Source: Steroidobacteraceae bacterium
GTDB taxonomy: Bacteria; Pseudomonadota; Gammaproteobacteria; Steroidobacterales; Steroidobacteraceae
Direction: 5' to 3'
Length of the DNA stretch: 48,605 bases
Assembly: GCA_036394715.1 (NCBI GenBank)
Contig: DASWEO010000143.1
Location: 1 to 48,605 of the forward strand
Shown here: piece by piece, positions 9,286 through 19,244 of the stretch
Layout of the letters: every line of letters starts with the position of its first letter
Numbering within the stretch: the first letter of the stretch is position 1
Notes under the pieces: generated by a model
Databases searched by the model: none
What the model was told of the DNA's origin: nothing
What the model saw: the letters and a program-made list of their open reading frames with translations, nothing else
Position numbers and translations under genes: made by a program

Positions 9286-10067
9286 TGGTGGAAACTCGAG
9301 GCCAGAGTGCCCATCAGCAGCGTCCACCCGTCCACCACCACGAACAACATGATCTTGAACGGCAGCGACACCAGGACGGGAGAAAGCATCATCATGCCCA
9401 TCGACATCAGCACGCTGGCGACGACCAGATCGATGACCAGGAAGGGAATGAACACCATGAAGCCGATCTGAAACGCGGTCTTCAATTCGCTGGTCATGAA
9501 GGTCGGGATCAAGACGCTGAGCGGCACGTCTTCCGCGCTTGCAAATTGTGTTTTTCCCGAGAGCTTGGTGAACAATTGCAGGTCGTTCTCGCGAGTCTGC
9601 GCCAGCATGAATTTTTTCAGCGGCTGCACCGTGCGGTCCAAAGCCGCTTCGCCGGCCAATTGACCGTCCAGGTACGGCTTGATGCCGTTCGCATACGACT
9701 GCTCGATGGTCGTGCTCATGACGAAAAAAGTCATGAACAGCGCCAGGCCCGTCAGAATTTGGTTCGAGGGCGTCGTCGCCATGCCGAGCGCCTGGCGCAG
9801 AATCGACAGCACGATGATGATGCGGGTGAACGCCGTCATCGCCAGCAGAATGCTTGGCAGCAGCGTCAGCACCGTCATCAGGATCAGTACCTGAAACGTG
9901 AGCGAGTAGGTCTGCGCGCCGTCGGCAGCCGTCTTGATGGCGATGGCCGGCAGCGCGCTCTGGGCCATTGCCGCGCCGCAGGGCAGCAGCGCCAGGATCG
10001 GCAGAAGCCCCAAGATCATCGCCGCCATCGGCGCGATCCGCGATCGGCGGCACAATATCCGGCTCAC
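9282..10067 (-). CDS. fliP: flagellar export apparatus protein FliP
   Basis: Signal peptide plus the conserved MSMGMMMLSPVLVSLPFKIMLFVVVDGW block. Start uncertain (ATG 10067, or an internal MAAMILGLL). Confidence 0.92.
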   Translation of the reverse strand: MSRILCRRSRIAPMAAMILGLLPILALLPCGAAMAQSALPAIAIKTAADGAQTYSLTFQVLILMTVLTLLPSILLAMTAFTRIIIVLSILRQALGMATTPSNQILTGLALFMTFFVMSTTIEQSYANGIKPYLDGQLAGEAALDRTVQPLKKFMLAQTRENDLQLFTKLSGKTQFASAEDVPLSVLIPTFMTSELKTAFQIGFMVFIPFLVIDLVVASVLMSMGMMMLSPVLVSLPFKIMLFVVVDGWTLLMGTLASSFHQ

Positions 10068-10086
10068 GCGAAACCACCACTCCCGC

Positions 10087-10452
10087 TCACGGGGAGCCGC
10101 CCGGCCGCTTCATCATGTCCCGCAGGCGCTCGGCGAATGCCGGCGCCTGGGCGCCGCCATCCTTGAGCACGATGGGCGCGGCCAGCGGCGTCAGCGGCAC
10201 CAGCCCCGAGGCGCTGATCCCCACCAATACCTGCGATTCGCCGACGCGAATCAGCGCGATGCGGTCTCTCGGCCCGATGCTGAGCTCATCGACGACGGCA
10301 ATCTGCCCCGAGCCCCGGGGACCCGCCAATTTGAGCCGCTTCAACGCCCAGCTGATGACCAAAATCAGCGCCACGATGGCGATGAGGCTCAAGGTGAGCT
10401 GTGTCAGGCTGCCCACGGACAAAGGCGAGGCGGGTTGCGCCATCCCCGTCAT
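10087..10452 (-). CDS. fliO: flagellar protein FliO
   Basis: 121 aa with a single TM LTLSLIAIVALILVISWALKRL. Sits between fliN and fliP. ATGA overlap with the fliN stop. Confidence 0.8.
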   Translation of the reverse strand: MTGMAQPASPLSVGSLTQLTLSLIAIVALILVISWALKRLKLAGPRGSGQIAVVDELSIGPRDRIALIRVGESQVLVGISASGLVPLTPLAAPIVLKDGGAQAPAFAERLRDMMKRPGGSP

Positions 10453-10796
10453 CGAGCCTGCTCCATCCTTTCGGTGGCGCTCACCACATCCGTCAACCGG
10501 ATGCCGAATTTCTCATTGACCACCACCACTTCGCCGCGCGCGATGCGCACGCCGTTCACGAGCACGTCCAGAGGTTCGCCGGCAAGGCGGTCGAGCTCGA
10601 CCACCGCGCCGGGCGCGAGCTGCAACAGATCGCGCACCGGCATGCGGGCGCGCCCCACCTCGAGCGCCAGCGTGACCGCGACGTCGAGGATCAGATTCAG
10701 GTTCATTTCGTGGCCGCCGGCGCCGGCTGCGGGGGGGCCTAATTCACCGAATTGCGCGCGCGCGACGGCGGCATTCTTCGGATCGGGCGTGCTCAT
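10449..10796 (-). CDS. fliN: flagellar motor switch protein FliN
   Basis: 115 aa. SpoA domain LDVAVTLALEVGRARMPVRDLLQLAPGAVVELDRLAGEPLDVLVNG. ATG 10796 overlaps the fliM stop (ATGA). Confidence 0.9.
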   Translation of the reverse strand: MSTPDPKNAAVARAQFGELGPPAAGAGGHEMNLNLILDVAVTLALEVGRARMPVRDLLQLAPGAVVELDRLAGEPLDVLVNGVRIARGEVVVVNEKFGIRLTDVVSATERMEQAR

Positions 10797-11731
10797 GTAG
10801 GGGCTCCTGGAAGTATTTTGAGTGCATTGCGTCCCTGCGAGACGCCGAACCGGCCGCGATACAGCGGCACGTTGCCCGCGAACAGCGTGACCTGCTGCGG
10901 CGGTTCGATGGGAATGATGTCGCCCGGCGACAGCCGCACCAGCTCTCGCAAGCTGATTTGCGCCTGCGCGAGAACCGCGCGGGTATCGAGTTCGGCATCC
11001 TGCAGCGCCGCGGTGAGCGCGGGCGCCCATGCTTCTTGGCTAAGCAGCGTCGTTTGGCCGCCGTCCGCGGCGAGCGCCTCGCGCACCGGCGCAAGCAGGA
11101 CTTCAGGCAGCAGCCAATCGATGTGGCCGCTGCGCGCGCCGAATTCCACCGTGAATTTGACGACCAGAAGCGCTTCGAGCGGAGCGCCCAGCTGCACCAG
11201 TCGCGGATTGGTTTCCTGCTTCACGAGCTCCAACTCCAGCGGCGTCACCGGCGCCCAGGCGGCGGTCAAGTCCGCGGCGAAACTGCGCAGCATCAGCGCG
11301 AGGAAGCGCTGCGCGGCCGGGGCGATGGCGGCTTGCGGGTCGACGGTGGCTCGGCCCGATCCGCCGAAGAAACCGTCCAGCAAGGTCAGCAGAAGGTCGG
11401 GTTCGACGCTGACGAAGGCAAAGCCGGGCAGCGGTTTGAGCCGCACCACGGCGAGACTGGCCGGCACCGGCAGCGCGGCCTGCAAATCTGCGCTCTTCGC
11501 CGACTCCAATGAAGTGAACTGCATGGCGGCATCGCGGCCCAGCAATGTGGACAGCGATGCACCGGCGCGCTCGGCAAAGCTCTTGCTGACGACTTCCAGC
11601 AGCGGCAACTGCATGCGATTGATGCGCTGCGCCGCGAAATCATAGGGCCGGACCGCATCCGCGCCATTCTTTTCGAGCAGCGCCGACACCTCTTCGTCCG
11701 AAATGGCGGCGCGGGCTTGGGCCTCGGGCAT
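10793..11731 (-). CDS. fliM: flagellar motor switch protein FliM
   Basis: Start is MPEAQARAAISDEEVSALLE, matching the CheY-P binding LSQxEIDALL-like motif. ATG 11731 overlaps the fliL stop (TAATG). The 512-aa track ORF is a 5' extension through fliL. Confidence 0.92.
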   Translation of the reverse strand: MPEAQARAAISDEEVSALLEKNGADAVRPYDFAAQRINRMQLPLLEVVSKSFAERAGASLSTLLGRDAAMQFTSLESAKSADLQAALPVPASLAVVRLKPLPGFAFVSVEPDLLLTLLDGFFGGSGRATVDPQAAIAPAAQRFLALMLRSFAADLTAAWAPVTPLELELVKQETNPRLVQLGAPLEALLVVKFTVEFGARSGHIDWLLPEVLLAPVREALAADGGQTTLLSQEAWAPALTAALQDAELDTRAVLAQAQISLRELVRLSPGDIIPIEPPQQVTLFAGNVPLYRGRFGVSQGRNALKILPGAPT

Positions 11732-12285
11732 TACTGCACCACGAAACTGGTGAACAGCAGATCGTCGACATCCGGACCGCCTTCCTTCTTCTGCACGGCG
11801 CGGATCTCGGTGAGCGCTTCCTGGCGGAGCTTCTCCTTGCCTTCGCGCGACATCATCGATTGATAGTTGCGGTTGCTCATGAGCAACAAGAGATTGTTGC
11901 GGATCAGCGGGATGTTCTTCTGCACGCTGTCGACGGCCTTTTGATCGTGGGCCATGACTTCCATGGTGATTTGCAGAAAGCGCACCACGGAACCCTCTTC
12001 GAAATTGACCACCAAGGGCGGGTCGATGGCGTAATAGACCGCCGCCTTGCGCGCTCCGCCCTCCTCGCCGTGAGCGGCGGCGGCCACCGGGACGATGGCC
12101 TTGATCTTGCCGTCCTTGTCCAGTTGCAGATCGGGAAGCGGGTGCAGCTTCGCGTTGATGGAGCCGCCGACTATGACGGCGACGAGGGTCAGCACGAAGA
12201 TGCCGGCCCCATTCATAAGAGAGCCCATGAAACCGCCGGACTGTTTGGGCGGAGGGGGAGGAGCATCGTCGGCTGCATCGGCCAT
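11731..12285 (-). CDS. fliL: flagellar basal-body-associated protein FliL
   Basis: 184 aa with one TM (GIFVLTLVAVIVGG) and a FliL-type C-domain (VVNFEEGSVVRFLQITMEVMAHD). First gene of the fliLMNOPQR chain. Confidence 0.88.
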   Translation of the reverse strand: MADAADDAPPPPPKQSGGFMGSLMNGAGIFVLTLVAVIVGGSINAKLHPLPDLQLDKDGKIKAIVPVAAAAHGEEGGARKAAVYYAIDPPLVVNFEEGSVVRFLQITMEVMAHDQKAVDSVQKNIPLIRNNLLLLMSNRNYQSMMSREGKEKLRQEALTEIRAVQKKEGGPDVDDLLFTSFVVQ

Positions 12286-12327
12286 GGCGTTTTCCTAGCG
12301 CGGTCACATGCCGCAGCCAGGAATCGA

Positions 12328-12342
12328 GCAAGTTCTATGCCA
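12328..12342 (-). promoter_or_regulatory. sigma-54 (-24/-12) promoter of the fliL operon
   Basis: Minus strand reads TGGCAT-AGAAC-TTGCT with correct GG/GC spacing. Predicted TSS is about 12316, roughly 30 nt upstream of the fliL ATG. Confidence 0.6.
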
Positions 12343-12513
12343 GAAAAAAGCCCAGCTCTATTTATTCAATGAGTTCAGCAGCTTACGTGCTAGCTCGCGC
12401 GCCAGGGCGTTCGCCGCCCCAGCCACCCGTCGATTAATTGACGCTTCGGGCCCCGCGTTTCTCGAGTCGCTCGAGCTCGAGTAGCGCAAGCGCCGTCCCG
12501 TCGCCGTACGCTT

Positions 12514-12532
12514 CCCGAGCCATGCGCTCGGG
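12514..12532 (-). terminator. candidate hairpin downstream of the beta-propeller gene (weak terminator)
   Basis: CCCGAGC-catgc-GCTCGGG: 7-bp stem, 5-nt loop, 5 nt past the stop at 12537. No U-tract. A second structure is possible from three CTCGAG palindromes at 12461-12481. Confidence 0.3.
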
Positions 12533-12536
12533 AGCC

Positions 12537-13523
12537 TTACGGCTTCGGCGCCTTCCATGCCTTGGCGAACGAACTCTTGCCGTCGGTGTAAGTGGTCCAG
12601 ACGTTCTGGGTGGCGGGATCGACGGCGACGTTCTTGGCGGTCGCCGCCGTGGTCACGTCGCCGAGCAGCAGAACCTGGCCGCCGGTGGTGCGAACCACGG
12701 ACATTTTGTCCGCACCGGCACAGTAAACGAGACCGCTCGACGCGCCGAATGCGATCTGATCCACTTTCTGCACGATGTCGACGGTATCGGTGACCGAGCC
12801 CGTCTTGGTGTCGATCACGACCAGCTTGCCGTTGCCGCCGGCCGAAAAGATGCGGTGATTGTCCGCATCGAGCGCCAAACCATGAGGTTGCGCGGCGGCC
12901 GCCGTGGGCCACCGGGCGATGACCTTATTGGCGGCGGGATCGATCACCGCCACGACGTCCTTGCTCTTGATGTTCAAGTAAATCCGATCCGTCGATTCAT
13001 CGTAGACCATGAACTCCGGAACTCCGGGTATGGCGACCGTGGCAACCACCTTGGCCGTCTTCGGATCGATGACCCACACATCCGCGCCCTCGTCGTGCGT
13101 GACATACACCATGTGATTTTTCGGCTCATAGATGATGGCGTCGGTCGGCCCCGCCATCTTGATCGACTTGACCTCCTTGAGGGTCGCTGCATCGACCACC
13201 GCAACCCGCTCCTCTTCTTGAACGCTGACGTAGTAGAAGGTCGATTCAGGATCCATGGCCGTGTCCACGGCTGCGCCGACCTTGAGGCGGCTGATCAAAG
13301 CGGGCTTGCGCAGGTCGATGAAATCCGACGTTCCGTCCTTCTCATGCGCCGCGAGCAATCGCTGCCGCTTCGAGTCGATCCGCAGAAAATCGAATTTGCC
13401 GCTCGACTGGGGTATCTCGACCGACGCCGCGGGCTCCAATGCCAGCGGTGGTGCTGCCACCGAGACGGTGGAGACCGAACAAAGGGCGAACGCAGCGATC
13501 ATCGAGCGGTATGAATTTTTCAT
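12537..13523 (-). CDS. secreted YncE-like / YVTN-repeat beta-propeller protein
   Basis: Signal peptide MKNSYRSMIAAFALCSVSTVSVAA. Recurring blade motif VAVVDAATLKEV, VWVIDPKTAKVV, VAVIDPAANKVI, LVVIDTKTGSVT. Start taken at ATG 13523. Confidence 0.7.
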   Translation of the reverse strand: MKNSYRSMIAAFALCSVSTVSVAAPPLALEPAASVEIPQSSGKFDFLRIDSKRQRLLAAHEKDGTSDFIDLRKPALISRLKVGAAVDTAMDPESTFYYVSVQEEERVAVVDAATLKEVKSIKMAGPTDAIIYEPKNHMVYVTHDEGADVWVIDPKTAKVVATVAIPGVPEFMVYDESTDRIYLNIKSKDVVAVIDPAANKVIARWPTAAAAQPHGLALDADNHRIFSAGGNGKLVVIDTKTGSVTDTVDIVQKVDQIAFGASSGLVYCAGADKMSVVRTTGGQVLLLGDVTTAATAKNVAVDPATQNVWTTYTDGKSSFAKAWKAPKP

Positions 13524-13624
13524 GTGGATTTCACTTGGGTGCAATTGTTGAGAAATGCGTCGAAACTAGAATAGCAACTCAACATTAAACAAATCTTAAC
13601 GGCGGCGGCGTGAAGCGGCGGCGG

Positions 13625-15049
13625 CTAAACCTCGGCGGCGTCGTGCAATAGCGGCGACGGAGCCGACTCCGCGGCGTCTTGCGGCGTTTGGGCCGGTATC
13701 TGGAAAACCATGCTCAAGCCCGAGCCATCGGGCGGCGCTTCGGCCCAAATGGTGCCGCCGTGAAGAGAAATGATGCTGCGGCAGATCGCAAGACCCAATC
13801 CGCTGCCCTCGTCCGCAGCGGCGTTGGCAGGCGGCAAGCGGAAAAAGCGCTCGAAGATCCGTTCCCGATATTCGGATGGAACCCCCGGTCCCTGATCGGC
13901 GAGTTGCACGCGCCAAAAGCCCTCGCGGATGGACGAAGTCAATGTGACACGGCTGCCCTGCGGAGAGGCGTTCAGCGCATTGGTGAGCAGGTTGAGGAGG
14001 ACGCGGCGCAGCCAGTGCGGCTCGGCCAGCACGCTTCCGAGACCTTCGTGGCTGCACACGAATTGCAGGCCGCGATGCTCCGCGAGAACGCGTGCGTCCT
14101 GGCTAAAACTCATTAGAATCGCCTTCGGATCCTGCGTCGTCAGATTCAATCTGATCTCGAACGACTCCGCACGCGACAAGAACAGGAGTTCCTCGATGAT
14201 GTTGCTCAATCGAGAGACTTCCTCCAACTGCACGTGGACGGATTCTTCGTTGTCGGCATCGAGATTGCCGTCGACGAGAAGCTTTTCCGCCTGAAGCCGA
14301 ATCAAGGAGATGGGCGTCTTCAATTCATGGGAGGCTTCTGCCGTAAACCGGCGAATCTGCCGGAACGATATTTCCAGCCGGTCGAACATGAGATTCAGCA
14401 GCAGCGCGAGCTCGGAAATCTCATCGCGGATGCTGGCAACCGGAATGCGTTCGCTGAGATTGTCGGAACTGATGCGGCTGGCGGTCTCGCGGATCAGTCG
14501 CACGGGCCGCAACGCAAGCCGGCTCAGCCCGAAGCCGATCGCAACACTGACTGCCAGCATGACGGCAAGCAGCCAGAGGCAGGTCTGAGTGTAGTAGCGC
14601 ATGGCCTCGTGGACGTTGTCGAGCGGTGTCGCGATGGTGACGTCGAATGGACCGAGAATGAATTCGCCGACGCGCAGTTCGCCGACGCCGGGCAGAACCG
14701 CATTGAACGTGCGTTGACCCGGAACGTCGGGAATCTCCAGACCCCGCAGATTCGTCGAATAGAAAATCGGCCGGACCGGGCCGTGCGGATCATCGACGGT
14801 AATGAAAAAGAGAACCGAAGCATAGTCCGTCGTCTCGCGGATACGGGCATCGATGACGCGATCGTTCAACGACGCATAGTCGGACCCCAAATGAGCGCTG
14901 ATCTGCGCGAACTCTGCGCGATTCATGAGATCGAGGCCATGCACCAGGTTGATCTTGAGAAGGTAGTACCCTGCGACGAACAGGCACACCAAAGTCGCGG
15001 TAGCGGCGGCGGCGTACCATAGCGCGAGCCGTGCGCCGATGGATCTCAC
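13625..15049 (-). CDS. sensor histidine kinase, heavy-metal (CusS/CopS-like) type
   Basis: 2 TM plus HAMP. H-box EASHELKTPISLI, N-box LLNLLTNALNASP, G-boxes DQGPGVP and GSGLGLAI. GTG start overlaps the regulator stop (GTGA). Confidence 0.8.
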   Translation of the reverse strand: MRSIGARLALWYAAAATATLVCLFVAGYYLLKINLVHGLDLMNRAEFAQISAHLGSDYASLNDRVIDARIRETTDYASVLFFITVDDPHGPVRPIFYSTNLRGLEIPDVPGQRTFNAVLPGVGELRVGEFILGPFDVTIATPLDNVHEAMRYYTQTCLWLLAVMLAVSVAIGFGLSRLALRPVRLIRETASRISSDNLSERIPVASIRDEISELALLLNLMFDRLEISFRQIRRFTAEASHELKTPISLIRLQAEKLLVDGNLDADNEESVHVQLEEVSRLSNIIEELLFLSRAESFEIRLNLTTQDPKAILMSFSQDARVLAEHRGLQFVCSHEGLGSVLAEPHWLRRVLLNLLTNALNASPQGSRVTLTSSIREGFWRVQLADQGPGVPSEYRERIFERFFRLPPANAAADEGSGLGLAICRSIISLHGGTIWAEAPPDGSGLSMVFQIPAQTPQDAAESAPSPLLHDAAEV

Positions 15050-15711
15050 AGGAGTTGGTAGCCTATGCCGCGAAACGTCTTGAACAACGGCCTGTCCGGA
15101 ACCGTGTCCAGTTTGGACCGCAGCCGGCTCATGTACACATCCAGGAGATTCGTCTCGTTATCATGTTCGGACGACCAGCACTTCTCGCAGATCAGCTTGC
15201 GGGTGAGAATTCGGCCGACGTTCTGCATGAAAATCTCCAGTAGAGCGAACTCGCGGCTGGTCAAATCGACCGGCTCACCGGCCAGGTGCACCGTATGTCC
15301 TATGAGATCGAGCTTGATGCCGCGGTGTTCGAGGACCGCCTCCTTGACGGTCGATTGACGGCGCAGCAGGGAACGCAGGCGCGCCAACAGTTCTTCCAGG
15401 CTGAACGGCTTCGAAAGATAATCATCCGCTCCCAGATCGAGTCCTTTGATCCGGTCCTGAACGGCATCGCGGGCACTCAAGATCAACACCGGCTCATTGA
15501 AGCCCGATTTGCGCCATTGGCTCAGCAAGTCGATTCCGTCGCCATCGGGCAACCCGAGGTCGAGAATGATCGCGTCATGGCTGGATTCGCAGAGGGCGTC
15601 GAGCGCCTCGCGGCAGGACCGGACCCAAGTCACGACGTAGGAATGCTCCCGCAGGGCTCGTTCGATAAACGCGCCGATGCGGCGTTGATCTTCGACAATG
15701 AGTATTTTCAC
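15046..15711 (-). CDS. OmpR-family response regulator (CusR/CopR-like)
   Basis: GTG start giving (M)KILIVEDQ. Receiver motifs AIILDLGLPDGDG and ADDYLSKPF. Winged helix ending FKTFRGIGYQL. The upstream part of the track ORF has no in-frame start and looks non-coding. Confidence 0.85.
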   Translation of the reverse strand: MKILIVEDQRRIGAFIERALREHSYVVTWVRSCREALDALCESSHDAIILDLGLPDGDGIDLLSQWRKSGFNEPVLILSARDAVQDRIKGLDLGADDYLSKPFSLEELLARLRSLLRRQSTVKEAVLEHRGIKLDLIGHTVHLAGEPVDLTSREFALLEIFMQNVGRILTRKLICEKCWSSEHDNETNLLDVYMSRLRSKLDTVPDRPLFKTFRGIGYQLL

Positions 15712-15770
15712 GGCCGTATGCCCATTTCGAGACTGTCCCGTTTCTGTCCTGCCAGCTTCCCGTTGCTCTT

Positions 15771-17813
15771 CTACCAGATGGTGACGCGCCGCCCCGGGGG
15801 GAGATACATCTTGTCGCCTTCCTTGACGCCGAATGCGGCGTAGAAACCCTCCTGATTGACCACGGGTGCGGTACCACGCACCGCGGGCGGCGAGTGCGGG
15901 TCGGCCTTGATGTGCTGAATTGCGTCGGCCTCGCGCACCTTGCCGCGCCACACCTGCGCCCAGCCCAGATACAACCGCTCATCGCCGGTGAGACCCTCGA
16001 TCACGGGCGCCGCCCTGCCCGCCAACGACAGGTGATAGGCTTTGTAGGTGATCGCCAGCCCCGAGTTGTCGGCGATGTTCTCTCCCAGCGTCAATTCACC
16101 GTTGATGTGGAATCCGGGCACCGGTTCATAGGCCTCGTACTGTGCGACCAAGGCGCGCGTCTTGGACTTGAACTTCTCGTGGTCCTCCGGGGTGAACCAG
16201 TCGCGCAGGTTGCCGTCGGCATCGTACTGACTGCCGTTGTCGTCGAAGCCATGGCTGATTTCATGGCCGATGACGCCGCCGATTCCGCCGTAGTTGACCG
16301 CGTCGTCGGCCCGAGCGTCGAAGAACGGCGGCTGCAGGATCGCGGCCGGGAACACGATCTCGTTCATCGGCGGATTGTAGTAGGCATTGACCGTCTGCGG
16401 CGTCATCTGCCATTCATTTCTATCGACCGGCTTGCCCAATTTATCGAGGTTGCGCCGATACTCGAACTCGTTGGCGCGCATCACGTTGCCCCACAGATCG
16501 TCGCGTGAAATTTGCAGGGCGGCATAGTCGCGCCATGTGTTGGGGTATCCGATCTTCATCACCAGCTTGGAGAGTTTTTCCTGGGCTCCCTTCTTGGTGC
16601 CGGGGCTCATCCAGTCCAGCGTATCGATGTCGCGGCGGTAGGCATCGAGCAGATTTCGAACCAGCGCTTCCATGCGCGCCTTGTTCTCCGGCGGGAAGTA
16701 TTTCGCGACGTAGAGCTTGCCCAGCGCCTCGCCCATGGCCTCGTCGAGGAGCGCAATGCCGCGCTTCCATCGCGCGCGGTTTTGAGGGATACCGCTCAGC
16801 ACGGTGCCTCTGAACGCGAAGCGCTCGTCGACGAAGGATTTCGACAGATACGGCGCCGCCGCGGCCAGCACATGCCATTTGAAATAAGCCTTCCACACCG
16901 GGAGCGGTGTCGCCGCCATCAGCTTGTCGAGGCCGCTGAAATAGCTTGGCTGGCTGACGATGACCGAGTCGACTTTGCCGTCGATGTCGGTGCCGCGCAC
17001 GTAGCGCCGCCAGTCGTAGCCGGGCATCAGCTTCGGTAGATCGGCGATCGCGGTCTTGTTATAGGTCTTGACGGGATCGCGGTTGTCGACCCGCGTCCAT
17101 TGCAATCGAGCCAGCTCCGTTTCTAGATTGAGGATGGCGGCGGCATGAGTCTCTGCCTCCGCATCGCCCACCATCCCCAGCATCTTGGCCACATGCGTGA
17201 GGTACTTGGCGCGCGCGTCTTTGAGCTTGGCGTCGTCTTTGAGGTAGTAGTCCCGGTCCGGCAGACCCAATCCGCTTTGATGAAAGATCACCGCGTACTG
17301 CAGGGAATTTCTGGCGTCCTGATTGATGTACAAGTTGAAGGGCGCGCCCGCCCCGATACGATTCAGATGCGCGATGAGCGCCGGGATGCCGCCTTTGTCG
17401 GCGATCGCGTCGATAGCGGCAAATTCAGTCCGCAGCGGCTTCATTCCCAGCGCTTCGAGCCGGGCCTCGTCCATGAAGCTTTGATACAAATCGGCGATTT
17501 TCCGGACCTCGGCGTCGGCATTGCCGGCCTGCGTCGCCTGGGCTTGTCCGTGAACGAGACCGTCGACGATCCCGCGCAGCTGCTCCTGAGTCGCGTCATC
17601 CACGTAGGTGAACGACCCATAGGAAGCCTTGTCGGGCGGCAGCTGAAAGCTGTCCAGCCATTTGCCGTTCAAGTACCGATATAGATCGTCCTGGGGACGA
17701 ACCGAGTGATCCACATAGTTGAGATCGACCCCGGACCGCAGCGTCATGGCTGGGGCGGATGCGCAGCCGATCAGGGCGAGTACGCCCACGCCGCAGGTGA
17801 CATATCGTGACAT
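15771..17813 (-). CDS. M13 family zinc metallopeptidase lipoprotein (PepO / endothelin-converting-enzyme-like)
   Basis: Lipobox LALIGCAS. HExxH as VIGHEISHGFDDNG. GENIADNSGL motif. 680 aa. GGAGGG Shine-Dalgarno upstream of the ATG. Confidence 0.88.
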   Translation of the reverse strand: MSRYVTCGVGVLALIGCASAPAMTLRSGVDLNYVDHSVRPQDDLYRYLNGKWLDSFQLPPDKASYGSFTYVDDATQEQLRGIVDGLVHGQAQATQAGNADAEVRKIADLYQSFMDEARLEALGMKPLRTEFAAIDAIADKGGIPALIAHLNRIGAGAPFNLYINQDARNSLQYAVIFHQSGLGLPDRDYYLKDDAKLKDARAKYLTHVAKMLGMVGDAEAETHAAAILNLETELARLQWTRVDNRDPVKTYNKTAIADLPKLMPGYDWRRYVRGTDIDGKVDSVIVSQPSYFSGLDKLMAATPLPVWKAYFKWHVLAAAAPYLSKSFVDERFAFRGTVLSGIPQNRARWKRGIALLDEAMGEALGKLYVAKYFPPENKARMEALVRNLLDAYRRDIDTLDWMSPGTKKGAQEKLSKLVMKIGYPNTWRDYAALQISRDDLWGNVMRANEFEYRRNLDKLGKPVDRNEWQMTPQTVNAYYNPPMNEIVFPAAILQPPFFDARADDAVNYGGIGGVIGHEISHGFDDNGSQYDADGNLRDWFTPEDHEKFKSKTRALVAQYEAYEPVPGFHINGELTLGENIADNSGLAITYKAYHLSLAGRAAPVIEGLTGDERLYLGWAQVWRGKVREADAIQHIKADPHSPPAVRGTAPVVNQEGFYAAFGVKEGDKMYLPPGRRVTIW

Positions 17814-17863
17814 GAACCCTCCGAATAAAAACTCTATGACGATCAGGGACCTTCCGGGACCCT

Positions 17864-19234
17864 TTAGAACTTCAGCGATACGCGCAGGCCCGGCCCCGCG
17901 TCATCCAGCACCAGGTGCGCGCCGTGTAATTTGGTGACCGCCGCCACCAACGACAGCCCGAGCCCCGAACCCGGAAATCTGCGCGCCTCGTCCAACCGCA
18001 CGCGGCGGCCCAGAACGATCTCGCGCTTGTCGGCCGGGATGCCCGGCCCATTGTCTTCGACTATCACTTCCGGTTCGCTGCCCGAGCCGCGCAACTGCAC
18101 CCGGATGTGGCCGCCGTCGGGGGTGAACTTGATGGCATTGTCCAGCAAATTCGCCAGCGCCTGCGCCAACAGCTGCCGGCTGCCCAGCACCTCCGCCCCC
18201 GAAGCGACCGAACTCTCCAATATGATGCCGCGCTCGTCGCTCACCGGCGCGTACAGTTCGACCACGCTCGCGACCAATTCCGACAGATTGACCGGTTCCC
18301 GCGCCACCGTGCCGGTTTCGGCGAGTGCAATGCGCAGCAGCGCGTCCAAGGTGCTCCGCATTCGATCGACTTCGGTGGTGACTCGTTCGAGGACCCGCCG
18401 CTCCGCCGAACCCACGGTGAGCTGCATCATCGCTGCCTCGGCGGTGGACTGCAGGCGATTGAGCGGCGTGCGGAGGTCATGCGCGGCGCTGTCGAGCACG
18501 GTGCGCATGCCCAGCGTGAGCTGCTCGATCTTGTCGAGCATGGTGTTGATTTCTCGGGCCAATGTGTTCAATTCGTCGTCCGCATCGCGAACCGGCAGCC
18601 GCTGCGAGAGATCGCCGCGCATGATCTGGGTCGCCACCGCCGAAATCGCACCCGCCTGCGCCAGAATGCGCCGGCCCATCCAAAAGCCGCCGCCCAACCC
18701 CAGCAGCAAGGTCATCACCACCGCGGCGATCAGACCGCGCATCATGAGGCTCTTGACGTCCTGCCGCTCCTGCACATCATGTCCCACCAGCATTCGATAA
18801 CCGCCGGGCAGCGGAAAGCGCTGCGCGCGCATTTCGTGCTCGCGGGTTTCATCGCCGAACGGCACCGATACCTTGAACAGGAACCATTTACCCTTGCCGG
18901 CTTCGAGCTTCGGCCAAGCCGGGACATTGCCCGCGACGGGGCGCAGCTGCGGGTCCACCATCAAGTACACCGCGCCGCGCACATCCTGATCCTGCGAGCG
19001 CTGTTCGATCAACTCGATGAAATCGCTGCGCGACAGCACCAGCACCTGCTCGCGCAATCCCTGCACTTCCGCCTCGATGAGATTGTCGGTGCTGCCGTCG
19101 ACCACGCGCGAGACGGCGAAATCGACCGCGCCCAAGAGCGCGGCCGCGCCGCAGGCAAACGCGATCGAATAGACGATGGCGATACGGAACGGAGAGGTAT
19201 CGAGTACGCGGAGAAACCGTTGATCGGGTCCCAC
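17864..19234 (-). CDS. sensor histidine kinase (periplasmic sensor domain, HAMP, HisKA, HATPase_c)
   Basis: H-box SAAHDLRTPLNRL, N-box LANLLDNAIKFTP, G-boxes DNGPGIP and GSGLGLSL. Two TM segments flank a periplasmic domain of about 140 aa. Confidence 0.85.
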   Translation of the reverse strand: MGPDQRFLRVLDTSPFRIAIVYSIAFACGAAALLGAVDFAVSRVVDGSTDNLIEAEVQGLREQVLVLSRSDFIELIEQRSQDQDVRGAVYLMVDPQLRPVAGNVPAWPKLEAGKGKWFLFKVSVPFGDETREHEMRAQRFPLPGGYRMLVGHDVQERQDVKSLMMRGLIAAVVMTLLLGLGGGFWMGRRILAQAGAISAVATQIMRGDLSQRLPVRDADDELNTLAREINTMLDKIEQLTLGMRTVLDSAAHDLRTPLNRLQSTAEAAMMQLTVGSAERRVLERVTTEVDRMRSTLDALLRIALAETGTVAREPVNLSELVASVVELYAPVSDERGIILESSVASGAEVLGSRQLLAQALANLLDNAIKFTPDGGHIRVQLRGSGSEPEVIVEDNGPGIPADKREIVLGRRVRLDEARRFPGSGLGLSLVAAVTKLHGAHLVLDDAGPGLRVSLKF

Positions 19235-19244
19235 GGGTGGGCCG

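Noticed and set aside
12461-12481. Three CTCGAG palindromes (ctcgagtcgctcgagctcgag) upstream of the fliL promoter, considered as an activator (FleQ-type) site
   Set aside because: I do not recognise a match to a known bEBP binding consensus. It may simply add secondary structure downstream of the propeller gene. I noted it only under the terminator candidate.
12286-12540. Search for mobile-element scars (att-like direct repeats, integrase, tRNA) at the borders of the fliK-fliL intervening block; the other border is 33899-34011
   Set aside because: I found no shared repeat of meaningful length between the two junctions, and no integrase, transposase or tRNA anywhere in the window. I do not call a genomic island or mobile element.
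12438-13514. 358-aa plus-strand ORF, and 12358-12912 on the minus strand
   Set aside because: Both overlap the signal-peptide-bearing beta-propeller gene in other frames or strands and show no motifs. 12358-12912 would also run across the fliL promoter region.
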